NCBI GenBank assembly: GCA_020441135.1
Contig: JAGRMS010000291.1
Coordinates: 1 to 55,252 of the forward strand
Reading direction: 5' to 3'
DNA length: 55,252 nucleotides
Source: Pseudooceanicola sp.
Lineage (GTDB): Bacteria; Pseudomonadota; Alphaproteobacteria; Rhodobacterales; Rhodobacteraceae
Shown: positions 8,820 through 17,323 of the stretch, one piece after another
Layout of the letters: each line of letters starts with the position of its first letter
Numbering within the stretch: the first letter of the stretch is position 1
The notes under the pieces: generated by a model
What the model was told of the DNA's origin: nothing
Databases searched by the model: none
Seen by the model: the letters and a program-made list of their open reading frames with translations, nothing else
Program-made: the position numbers and the translations under genes

Positions 8820-9215
8820 CTACCGTCTGGCGTTCCAGCTCTCCCAGATCTTGTTGATTTCATCGGCCAGGGCGTCTGGCGAAAACGGCTTCAGGATCAC
8901 CGCCGCCGCGCCCTTCAGCATCAGCACTTCCGAGACCGAGGACTCCGCCTTGGCCGTCAGGAAGATCGCCGGGATTTTCTGATAGCCGTCGTGCTTGGCG
9001 ATCTCCTGCCACAGCTCCGGCCCGGTCATCCCCGGCATCATGTAGTCCAGCAACAGCAGCTGCGGTTTCACGTCCTGAAAGGCGGCAAAGGCGCTGGCCC
9101 CGTCCGGGAACTGGGTCAGCTCGAAATCCCCAAAGAAATCAAGGGACATCTGCACGATGTCCCGGATGTCCGGGTCGTCGTCGGCGTGAAGGATGCGTTT
9201 CAGCTGCATGGTCAA
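8820..9215 (-). CDS. Single-domain response regulator
   Basis: HADDD, LLLDYMMP, FLTA and ILKPF receiver motifs all intact. Confidence 0.9.
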   Translation of the reverse strand: MTMQLKRILHADDDPDIRDIVQMSLDFFGDFELTQFPDGASAFAAFQDVKPQLLLLDYMMPGMTGPELWQEIAKHDGYQKIPAIFLTAKAESSVSEVLMLKGAAAVILKPFSPDALADEINKIWESWNARR

Positions 9216-10033
9216 TAGCTCTTTCCCAACAGCGACAGCGAGGTGATGTCGATCCGGATCGGCGTATACTCTCCGCCCGCGCCAATACTTACGGCACCGC
9301 TCATCATCTGCACCACGACGTTGTTCAGCGTCGCCGTCGAATTCAGCGCATCCGTGACGATGGTGTAACGCGCGATCAGTCGCTCGACCTCTTCGGGGTC
9401 TTGCAGTTTCTCCAGGTCGTACCGCTGCTCGATGAACTTCGCCTGCCGGTCGATATCCACCTGTGCGCTCTCTGCCGGCAGGCCCAGCACGGTCCGCATG
9501 AAGGTCGACAGCTCGGGATCCTTCAGGATGTCGAACGGTCCCGCGATATCCGCCGCCTTGCGCCGGAATTCCAGCGCCGCGCCGACCGTCTCGTTCTGCT
9601 CGGCCATGCCGTTGACGAACTGCGTGTCGATGTATCGCGTGACCATCCGCTCCTGCCAGCGGCCCAGGATGGTGTTCAGGTTCTTCGTCCCGCCCTCCTG
9701 AAAGCCCAGCTCGTCGTACATCTCGCGGAACCGCGGGTCCGTCAGCCGCCGGATCAGCGAGTCGCGATCCTCGGCGTCGCTTTTCAGCATCTTCTTGATC
9801 AGCGCCTTGCCGAAAATCTGGTCTTCCAGATCAAAGGCCTTCATCACGAAGGTATACAGCTCGGTGTCCTCCACCAGCTGGTCCACCGTCTCGATATCGC
9901 CGATGCGCTCCCGGAATGCCGTGATGGCCCGCGCGTTCTGCAAGTCGTTGCGGATCTGCTCCTTCTGGATCTGCTCCGTCCGGTCGGCCAGCTTCAGGCC
10001 GAGGAAACTCGACATGCCGGTAATCGGGATCAT
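9212..10033 (-). CDS. DUF1217-family flagellar protein
   Basis: LYTFVMKAFDLED, KALIKKML, LTDPRF and TVLGLP..IDRQ motifs; downstream of flbT. Confidence 0.75.
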   Translation of the reverse strand: MIPITGMSSFLGLKLADRTEQIQKEQIRNDLQNARAITAFRERIGDIETVDQLVEDTELYTFVMKAFDLEDQIFGKALIKKMLKSDAEDRDSLIRRLTDPRFREMYDELGFQEGGTKNLNTILGRWQERMVTRYIDTQFVNGMAEQNETVGAALEFRRKAADIAGPFDILKDPELSTFMRTVLGLPAESAQVDIDRQAKFIEQRYDLEKLQDPEEVERLIARYTIVTDALNSTATLNNVVVQMMSGAVSIGAGGEYTPIRIDITSLSLLGKSY

Positions 10034-10482
10034 CCGGTCGCCGCCACCTTCGGCGCCTCCTCCGCGTCATCCTCGCCGTCATCGTTGGTCGAGGCGATGT
10101 GGTTCAGCAGCTCGTGCTCATACTCCAGCACCGGCTTCAGATGCTTCAGGGCCTTGTAATAGTCTGATTTACTGACGAAATTCGCCGCCTCGAAGATGTG
10201 GTGAACCGTCGGTGGCCCGAACACCGTCGCCAGCTCCGCCAGGTTCTGCTGGATCAGCGGCACCAGCTTCTCGCGCAGGTCGGCCCGCGTTAGCGCGGTC
10301 TGGATCAGGAAATAGGCCCGGTTCACCACCGTCACCGCCTGCGAGGCGTCCAGCAGATCCTTGCCGCGCACGATGTCGGCCTGCTCCTCGATGACGATGC
10401 TGTGCCGCCGACCCGAGTTGCGGATCGCGCAGCCGTTGACGATGATCCGCTCGTAGGGTTTCAGCGTCAGCTTGAGGACCAT
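10030..10482 (-). CDS. flbT: Flagellin translational regulator FlbT
   Basis: LKLTLKPYERIIVNG, YFLIQ, YYKALK; adjacent to flaF. Confidence 0.9.
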   Translation of the reverse strand: MVLKLTLKPYERIIVNGCAIRNSGRRHSIVIEEQADIVRGKDLLDASQAVTVVNRAYFLIQTALTRADLREKLVPLIQQNLAELATVFGPPTVHHIFEAANFVSKSDYYKALKHLKPVLEYEHELLNHIASTNDDGEDDAEEAPKVAATG

Positions 10483-10483
10483 C

Positions 10484-10882
10484 TCAGGCGCTCCGCCGCA
10501 GCGGCGTCTCGTTCAGCGCCGTGACGATGTTGCCGTTGATCGCCACCATCGCCCGCACCCCCGGCTTGCCGCCCAGCACGGTCCGCGTCGTCTTCTCGAC
10601 CCAGATCGCCAGCGACAGCAGGCCCGCCCGCAGATCGGGCGGCAGCGCGTTGCCCGGCAGCGACAGGTCGTGCTTCAGCGCCGCCCACAGCGCCTGGTTG
10701 TCGGTCAGCGCCTCGCGCAGCCCGGCCCCCAGTATTGTGACGCGTTCGAAAGAATTTTCTGCCGTATCAAAGGCTTCGGCGTGTTCCGCCATGCGCCCGG
10801 TAATCCCGGCCATGATCCGCCGCTCGATCTGGCGCGGCGACTCCATCTCGCGCAACGTGCGCTTGTAGGCACTGATGCTCAT
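10484..10882 (-). CDS. flaF: Flagellar regulator FlaF
   Basis: AY..SPRQIE, NQALW..L..DL..PGNALPPDLRAGLLSLAIWV; start at ATG 10882. Confidence 0.9.
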   Translation of the reverse strand: MSISAYKRTLREMESPRQIERRIMAGITGRMAEHAEAFDTAENSFERVTILGAGLREALTDNQALWAALKHDLSLPGNALPPDLRAGLLSLAIWVEKTTRTVLGGKPGVRAMVAINGNIVTALNETPLRRSA

Positions 10883-10965
10883 GTCTTGTCCGTCCCTTCG
10901 CGCCTTTCTGGCGTCTTGAATTGCGTATCCCGGGCTTTTGCGGCTCCGGCTTCTGCCTCTGTCGT

Positions 10966-10995
10966 GGGGGAGGGCCCGTTGCCAGGCCCGCCCCC
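10966..10995. other. GC-rich hairpin downstream of flagellin
   Basis: GGGGGAGGGCC...GGCCCGCCCCC stem; no U-tract in the fliC sense, so more likely an mRNA stabiliser or partial attenuator than a terminator. Confidence 0.4.
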
Positions 10996-11047
10996 TTGTC
11001 GTGTCGGCGATGTCCGGCGTCAGCCGGATCACTCGGCCGGGATCAGA

Positions 11048-11884
11048 TTACCGAAAAAGGCTCAGGATGTTCTGCGGAGCCTGGTTGGCAATCGCAAGCG
11101 ACTGGGTGGCAAGCTGCTGCTGCACCTGCAACGACTGCAGGCGGGCGGCCTCTTCTTCCATGTTCGCATCCACCATCGAGCCGACGCCCGAGTCGAGCTT
11201 GTCGGTCAGGGCGCCAAGGAATTCCTTCTGCGTCTCGATCGACTTTTCGGCGATCCCCAGCGCGGTGGCCGAGGCGATGGCCGCATCCAGCGCCTGTTCG
11301 GCGGTCTGGAGGTCGGCTTCCATCAGCGCGGTGGTCGAGCTGGCGGTCAGGTCGACGGCGGACAGGGTCGAAAGGATCGCGCCCAGGTCCTGCTGCTGGA
11401 AGGTGATCGTGGTGGTCGTCACCGACCCCGCCGCACCCCGGCTGATGCCGGTCACGACAGTTACGGTTGCGGTGCTGGACACGAGGTTCGCACCGTTGAA
11501 CGTCGACTGCGAGATGGTGGTCGAGATACGCGCGACCAGTTCGTCGAGTTCGGCCTGGACGTCGGCGCGCACCTCGTCGGTGCCACCCTGGGCAAAGGCC
11601 ACGCGCTCGGCGAATTCCTGTGCCACGTCCTTGATGGTTTCCGCGCCCAGGCGGGCGGTCGAAACCGAGTTGACCATCAGCGTCAGGCTTTCGTCGATCG
11701 CCTTGTACATGCCCGAGTCGCCGGTCATGGTTTCAGAGATCGAGAAATAGGCCGCGTTGTCCTTGCCCGACGTGATCTTCAGACCGGAGGAGATCCGGTT
11801 CTGCGTCTGGTCGAGACCCTTGTTGATGGATTGCAGCGTCTGCAATGCGCTCATTGCAGAGTTATTGGTGAGAATGGAGGACAT
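11048..11884 (-). CDS. fliC: Flagellin (short, 278 aa)
   Basis: MSSILTNNSAMSALQTL...RISSGLKI..KDNAAYFSI; C-terminal VDANMEEEAARLQSLQVQQQL...NILSLFR. Confidence 0.97.
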   Translation of the reverse strand: MSSILTNNSAMSALQTLQSINKGLDQTQNRISSGLKITSGKDNAAYFSISETMTGDSGMYKAIDESLTLMVNSVSTARLGAETIKDVAQEFAERVAFAQGGTDEVRADVQAELDELVARISTTISQSTFNGANLVSSTATVTVVTGISRGAAGSVTTTTITFQQQDLGAILSTLSAVDLTASSTTALMEADLQTAEQALDAAIASATALGIAEKSIETQKEFLGALTDKLDSGVGSMVDANMEEEAARLQSLQVQQQLATQSLAIANQAPQNILSLFR

Positions 11885-11972
11885 TTCTGCTCCTGGTTGT
11901 TCTCTATGTCGCGTAATCGTCTTTCTGACGAAAACGGGAACCTGCCCGTGACAGGTGAGATTGGAGCAGAAG

Positions 11973-11987
11973 TTAACGCGTGGTTAA
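11973..11987. promoter_or_regulatory. CtrA-type box upstream of flagellin
   Basis: Perfect TTAA-CGCGTGG-TTAA (TTAA-N7-TTAA). Confidence 0.75.
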
Positions 11988-11991
11988 ATTT

Positions 11992-12387
11992 TCAGATCGA
12001 TTCATCGACCTGTTGCGGGCGCGCCACATCGCCCGGGCGCAACGTGCCGTCCGCCTCGTAAAGACCGCCCAGCCCGTGCCGGTCGCGGATACGGCTCAAC
12101 TCCTTGACCACCCGTCCGGTTGCAGCCGTCAGGTGTTCAAGCAGCGAAAAATCCTTGCGGATCAACCCGTGCAGCTCGTCCAGCCCCTCGCGCAGCGCCT
12201 TCGCCTCGGGCGTCGCCGCCTTCAGCTGCCGTTCCACCGCGCCGGTTTGCGCCTGCAATTCCTCGTACAGGGCTACCTTCTGCGGATAAAGATCCCGCAC
12301 CGTCTCCAGCTGCCCGGCCCCGATCGCCGCGATCTCGTCGCGCAGCACCTTCGCCAGCCGTTCCACGATCTGTGCCGCCGCCGTCAT
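11992..12387 (-). CDS. flgN: FlgN-like export chaperone
   Basis: Small helical protein after flgJ, ending GLYEADG; typical position. Confidence 0.6.
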   Translation of the reverse strand: MTAAAQIVERLAKVLRDEIAAIGAGQLETVRDLYPQKVALYEELQAQTGAVERQLKAATPEAKALREGLDELHGLIRKDFSLLEHLTAATGRVVKELSRIRDRHGLGGLYEADGTLRPGDVARPQQVDESI

Positions 12388-12689
12388 CCCTTCGACCCCT
12401 TCTCATACGCCGCGATGGTGCCCAGCACGCTCTTCGCGATTCCCGTGGTTCCCTGTCCCGCCAGCTGGTCGGCATAGGCTTTCGCCAGGAAACTCCGCCA
12501 GGTCTCTTCCGCGTGTCCGCCGCCGAAACTGCCGATATTCACTTCCTTCAGCATCTCGTCGATGGTCTGGGTCAGGAACACCGCCTCGAATTCCTTCGCC
12601 GCCTTCAGCGCCTCGGGCGAGGCTTCCGCCTCCACCCGCGCCATCATCCGCGCGTTGGCGATCTGCAACGCGTCCGCCCCGACCTTCAT
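12384..12689 (-). CDS. flgJ: Rod-binding FlgJ (no muramidase domain)
   Basis: AAKEFEAVFL, FGGGHAEETWRSFL, GIA motifs. Confidence 0.9.
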   Translation of the reverse strand: MKVGADALQIANARMMARVEAEASPEALKAAKEFEAVFLTQTIDEMLKEVNIGSFGGGHAEETWRSFLAKAYADQLAGQGTTGIAKSVLGTIAAYEKGSKG

Positions 12690-13786
12690 CAGATGATCTC
12701 CAGATCCGCATGCAGCGCGCCCGCCGCCTTGATCGCCTGCAGGATCGAGATCGTCTCGGTCGCCCCCAGCCCGATGGCGTTCAGCCCGTCCACCAGCTTC
12801 TGCAAGCTCACGTCGCCCTCCAGGATGGTGAACTTGGTCTCCTTCTCGTCGACCACCACCGTCGTGTCCGGCACCACCACCGTCGTTCCCCCGATCGAGA
12901 TCGGCTCCGGCTGGCTCACCTGCATTTCTTCCTTGACGATCACCGTCAGCCCGCCCTGGCTCACCGCGATCTGGCTGATCCGCACGTTCGCCCCGATCAC
13001 CACCGTCCCCGAACGCGCGTCGATCACCACCTTGGCGGCCGTGTCCGGCTCCACCTCGAGGTTCTCGATCTCCGACATCAGCAACGGCACGGTGGCCTTG
13101 TCGAAGACATCCACCTCCACCGTGCCCGGGTCCAGTGCAATCGCCGGCCGCCCGCCCAGCTTGGCGTTGATCGCCTCGGCGATCCGCACCGCCGTGGTGA
13201 AATCCGGGTTGCGCAGGGCGATCCGCAGCGACGACAACTCGCTCAGCCGGAACCCGATCTCGTTCTCCACCGTCGCGCCGTTCTCGATCCGTGCCACCGT
13301 CGGCACGCCCTCGACGATGGACGCATTCAGCCCCTGCGCCGCAAAACCCGCCACCGCGATCGGCCCCTGCGCGACCGCGTAAACCTCGCCATCCGCCCCG
13401 GTCAGCGGCGTCACCACCAGCGTGCCCCCCCGCAGGCTCCCCGCATCGCCCAGCGACGAGACCACCACGTCGATGGTCGACCCCCGCCGCGCGAAGGGCG
13501 GCAGCATCGCCGTCACCATCACCGCCGCCGTGTTCGCCGTCTTCAGCTCGTCATCCGTCAGGTTGCCGACGCCCAGCCGCTCCAGCATCCCCTTGATGCT
13601 CTTCTCGGTGAAGGGGCTGTTGCGCAGCCGGTCGCCGGTCCCGTTCAGCCCGACAACCAGGCCATAGCCCACCAGCTGGTTCTCGCGCACCCCTTCGAAC
13701 ATCGCGATGTCCTTGATGCGCACATCCGCCGCCGCCGCCCCGGTCAGCAGCCCCACCAGTGCCATCGCAAGCCTCAAGGCGCGCAT
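12689..13786 (-). CDS. flgI: P-ring protein FlgI
   Basis: RIKDI..GVRENQLVGYGLVVGLNGTGD, SLRGGTL, ILQAIKAAGALHA; signal peptide from ATG 13786. Confidence 0.97.
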   Translation of the reverse strand: MRALRLAMALVGLLTGAAAADVRIKDIAMFEGVRENQLVGYGLVVGLNGTGDRLRNSPFTEKSIKGMLERLGVGNLTDDELKTANTAAVMVTAMLPPFARRGSTIDVVVSSLGDAGSLRGGTLVVTPLTGADGEVYAVAQGPIAVAGFAAQGLNASIVEGVPTVARIENGATVENEIGFRLSELSSLRIALRNPDFTTAVRIAEAINAKLGGRPAIALDPGTVEVDVFDKATVPLLMSEIENLEVEPDTAAKVVIDARSGTVVIGANVRISQIAVSQGGLTVIVKEEMQVSQPEPISIGGTTVVVPDTTVVVDEKETKFTILEGDVSLQKLVDGLNAIGLGATETISILQAIKAAGALHADLEII

Positions 13787-13978
13787 CGCCGCCGCTCCCG
13801 GGTTCCGTCCGCGCACGATCCGCACGCCGATCCTTCCAAGCATAATGACAGATGCGCATGACCTGATCAAGAATAGCGCAAACAAAATCCGTAGTTATTG
13901 TTGACTATCTATGAATGTTATCCTTAAAGTCCGTCGGAACAGCCGCGAAACAGGCGCGGCGGAACCGCAGAGGGTTGG

Positions 13979-14689
13979 ATGCACGTCTATCTGTATCAGG
14001 CCGATGGCCGCGCGCAGCCGGCGCCGGGCGACCTGCGATCGGAACGGATGACCACCACGCCCATCGGCCCCGGCTTCTTCCGTGGCGACCTGCGCCTGCT
14101 GAACCGCGCGGGCCATGATGCCCATGCCTTCCTGCTCGCCGCCAACCCCGACCTGATCCCCCAGATCCAGCAGTTGCGCCGCGCCGGGATCACCAGCCCG
14201 GTCCTCGTCCTGCGCCCCGACCGCGACGCCGACAACGCCGCCCAGGCGCTGGATGCCGGCGCCGACGACGACGTGCTGCTCCCGGTCCGCGCGGTCGAGC
14301 TCAAGGCCCGCATCAACGCCGTCCTGCGCCGTGCGCACGGCCATTCCGCCGACCACATCACCATCGGCGAGGTCACCGCCTTCTTCGACGGGCGCGACCC
14401 CGAGATCGCGGGCCATCGCGTGAAGCTCTCGCGGCGCGAGCACAAGGTGTTCCAGCAGCTCGTGCTGAACGCCCGGAAAGTCACCTCCAAGGCGGCGATC
14501 TACGACGCGGTCTACGGCATGTCCGACGACCAGCCCTTCGACAAGGTCATCGACGTCTACATCTGCAAGATCCGCAAGAAGATCGTCCAGGCCGCCCCCT
14601 CGGGCCATCCCTATATCGAAACGGTCCACGGCCGCGGCTACAAGTTCGACGAATCCGACAGCGCCGCCCCGCCGGTCGCGGCGGAGTAA
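13979..14689 (+). CDS. CtrA-like OmpR-family regulator with degenerate receiver
   Basis: KVIDVYICKIRKKI and YIETVHGRGY match the CtrA DNA-binding domain; receiver lacks acidic pocket, phospho-Asp motif and conserved Lys. Confidence 0.8.
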   Translation: MHVYLYQADGRAQPAPGDLRSERMTTTPIGPGFFRGDLRLLNRAGHDAHAFLLAANPDLIPQIQQLRRAGITSPVLVLRPDRDADNAAQALDAGADDDVLLPVRAVELKARINAVLRRAHGHSADHITIGEVTAFFDGRDPEIAGHRVKLSRREHKVFQQLVLNARKVTSKAAIYDAVYGMSDDQPFDKVIDVYICKIRKKIVQAAPSGHPYIETVHGRGYKFDESDSAAPPVAAE

Positions 14690-14700
14690 CCGGACCCCAA

Positions 14701-14811
14701 CTTCCATTTGCTCCAAATATCCTCGCCGAAGGCCATCGCGCAAAGCGCGATCCCGCAACAGCAAGGCACGCGCCACGTCTGCCTTTGGCGTAGGGCGGGG
14801 CTCGCCCCGCC
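14701..14811. repeat. Intergenic repeats incl. GTAG-type REP
   Basis: CTTC..CCAAATATCC motif at 14701-14722 and GTAGGGCGGGGCTCGCCCCGCC at 14790-14811, between convergent genes. Confidence 0.7.
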
Positions 14812-14817
14812 GGCCCC

Positions 14818-15885
14818 TTACCGCAGGAAGTTCAACAGCGTCAGGCTCGACAGCCGCGCCGTCACCGCATAGCTCGACTCGAGCTGCGTCTGCAAAAGCG
14901 TCAGCCGAGTCGCCGCCTCGTAGGCGTCGACCCCTTCCAGGTCCAGCATCCGGTTGGCATAGACGTCGTTCACGCTCTCATGCCGGTCGATGGTCTCCTC
15001 CACCAGCCCCTGGAACGACCCGAGCTCCGTCTGCGCGCCCAGCAGCTTGTGCGACCCTTGCGAGATCTTCTGCACCGCCGCGTCCAGCCAGGCGGTGTAC
15101 GCGTCCTGGTCTGCGATCTGCGAGATATCCATGCTGGCCAGCATGGATAGTCCCTGCATCAGCTCGGTGAATCCGGTATCGTTGGCCTGGATGCCGTGGC
15201 TGATCGTGACCCCCTCGCCGATCCGCGCCTCGACCCGCGGCCCCGTCGCCGCCGGGGTGCCGTTGAAGAAGGTCTCTTCATACCGATACCCGACCGTCGC
15301 ATGGCTGCCGTCGAACACCCCGTCGATTTCCGCCGTCAGCGCGTTCACATCCGCCAGCGTGACCGGCCCCGTGCCGACGATCGCCGTCATCACGTCCTCG
15401 GGCGACAGCCCCGTCCCGGCATTCACCTGGTCCCAGCGTTGCAGCGGCACCTTGTCCTGGTCGATCCCGGCAAAGATATGCCCGCCCTGGTACACCGTAT
15501 TCGCCTGCACCACGATCTGCCCGATGGCGATCCGCGCGCTGGCCTGCAATTCCGAGCTGATGGCGCTTCCGGGGTTCGACCCGCTCACCGCCAGCGCCAG
15601 GAAATCGTCCGCCACCTGCCGGATCTCGGTCATCGCCAGCCCGGTGACTTCCATCCGCCCCGCCAGCAGCTTGTTCGACGCGATGAACCCGTCGTTGCGC
15701 TGCACGATATTGCGCAGCCGCACCGATTCCGCCGCCCTCTGGCCCAGGTCGCGGAACAGGTCCGCCCGCAGGCCCGTGGTCACTTCCTTCTCGGCCTTCG
15801 CCATGCCGGTCATCAGGCGCGCATTCTCGCGACGCCGCGCCAGCGAGCTTTGCAGGGTCGAGATATTCGCGATCAGATCGGCCAT
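14818..15885 (-). CDS. flgL: Hook-associated protein 3 FlgL
   Basis: EVTTG, GHIFAG, GVDAYEAATRL..LQTQLESSYAVTARLSSLTLLNFL; follows flgK. Confidence 0.9.
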   Translation of the reverse strand: MADLIANISTLQSSLARRRENARLMTGMAKAEKEVTTGLRADLFRDLGQRAAESVRLRNIVQRNDGFIASNKLLAGRMEVTGLAMTEIRQVADDFLALAVSGSNPGSAISSELQASARIAIGQIVVQANTVYQGGHIFAGIDQDKVPLQRWDQVNAGTGLSPEDVMTAIVGTGPVTLADVNALTAEIDGVFDGSHATVGYRYEETFFNGTPAATGPRVEARIGEGVTISHGIQANDTGFTELMQGLSMLASMDISQIADQDAYTAWLDAAVQKISQGSHKLLGAQTELGSFQGLVEETIDRHESVNDVYANRMLDLEGVDAYEAATRLTLLQTQLESSYAVTARLSSLTLLNFLR

Positions 15886-15897
15886 TCAGCGTAGTCC

Positions 15898-17307
15898 TCA
15901 GGTCGCCGCCAGCAGCGCGTCCAGCATCGCCGTCAGCGACGTGATGACCTGCGCATTGGCCGCGTAACTCTTCTCGATCAACAGCAATTGCTGCAACTCG
16001 TCGTCCAGGCTGACCCCTTGCGCGTTCAGCCGCGCATCGTCGATGCTGGCGGTGGAGGCCGCGTAATTCTCGAAGGATTCCTGCGCCCGCGCCCGCGTGT
16101 TCTGCTGCGCCGCAAGCATCGCCGCGCCGAACTCCGACAGCGCGATGCCGGTGGGCAGGCCGGTCCCCCCGTCGAACGTCTGCGGCCCGTCCATCGCATC
16201 GACGAAGGCCGCGATCTGCGTCGTATCCCCGTAGGTGCCCGCCGTTGCCGCCCCGATCCCGTCGCGCAGCCGCCACAAAGCCCCGCCCGCACTCGGATCG
16301 ACCGCGTCATTCACCCGGATGCGTCCCGCCAGGCCGGTCAGCGCCGCCGGATCGTAGGCCGCGCCCGCATCGGTGAACAGCCCGGCATCGCCGACCCCAA
16401 GCGAACCGTCGGCTCCCTCGAAGGTCTCCACCAGCGCCCGCGCGAATTCGTCCAGCTGCAACCGGATCACCGGCAGCGTGTCCGTCAACAGCTCCACATG
16501 CCCCGCCAGGCGCCCGCCCTTGATGCCGATCCCGCGCGAGGGCGACACGTCGATGCCCCCCGCCGTCAGCACCTTGCTGCCCTCGTCATAGGCCAGCTTA
16601 TGAACCGTATCCCGCTGCACCAGCAGCGCGCCCGTCATCGTGCGCACCTCGACCGTGCCCTGCGCGCCAAAGTCCACCTTGATGTCGGCGAACTCCGCCA
16701 GCCGGTTCAGCGCCTGTGTCTGCTGGTCCTGCAAGGTGACATACAGCGCCGAGTTTTCCTGCGTCTTGGTCAGCTGCGTGTTCAGCCGCGCCACCTGCTC
16801 CATCAGCTTGTTCGTCTCGGTGATATCCGAGGTCAGCCGTTGCAGCGTCTCGCCCGTCGCGGTGTCGAGGTTGTTGGAAATCCGGTTCAGCCCCCGCGTC
16901 AGCGCCTGCGCCGATTGCAGCGTCGCCTGTTGCAGGCTGGTCTGGCCGGGGTCGTTGAACAGGAAGTCGTAAGAGGTCTGGAACTGGTTCAGAAGCTGCA
17001 TGGGCGAACTGGGATCGTCCAGCGTTCCCAGGGCGTTGGTATAGGCCACCAACCCCGTCGCCAGCGATTCCTGCCGCGTCATCCGCGCGGTTTCCTCGCG
17101 GTACATCCGGGTCAGCGAGGCGCTGCCCGCCCGGGCAACGCCACTGACCAGCACCGCGCCTTCGCTGGTGGTCTCGCGCGACAGCGTACGCCGCCCGTAG
17201 TCGGGATTGTCGGCGTTGGCGATGTTGCCCGAAACCAGCTCGCTCCAGTGCGAATTCAGCGCCAGGCCCGACCGGGCGACGTTGAAGGCGCTCGAAATCC
17301 CGCTCAT
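15898..17307 (-). CDS. flgK: Hook-associated protein 1 FlgK
   Basis: ARSGL..SGNIANADNPDYGRR; GVSLDDELQQLLLIEKSYAANAQVI. Confidence 0.95.
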   Translation of the reverse strand: MSGISSAFNVARSGLALNSHWSELVSGNIANADNPDYGRRTLSRETTSEGAVLVSGVARAGSASLTRMYREETARMTRQESLATGLVAYTNALGTLDDPSSPMQLLNQFQTSYDFLFNDPGQTSLQQATLQSAQALTRGLNRISNNLDTATGETLQRLTSDITETNKLMEQVARLNTQLTKTQENSALYVTLQDQQTQALNRLAEFADIKVDFGAQGTVEVRTMTGALLVQRDTVHKLAYDEGSKVLTAGGIDVSPSRGIGIKGGRLAGHVELLTDTLPVIRLQLDEFARALVETFEGADGSLGVGDAGLFTDAGAAYDPAALTGLAGRIRVNDAVDPSAGGALWRLRDGIGAATAGTYGDTTQIAAFVDAMDGPQTFDGGTGLPTGIALSEFGAAMLAAQQNTRARAQESFENYAASTASIDDARLNAQGVSLDDELQQLLLIEKSYAANAQVITSLTAMLDALLAAT

Positions 17308-17323
17308 GACCGCTCAGTTCCCG

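Noticed and set aside
10883-11032. N-terminal extensions of flaF, flgI, flgC, fliI and the CHASE kinase in the ORF track
   Set aside because: They overlap regulatory DNA or neighbouring genes; downstream ATGs fit family N-termini better
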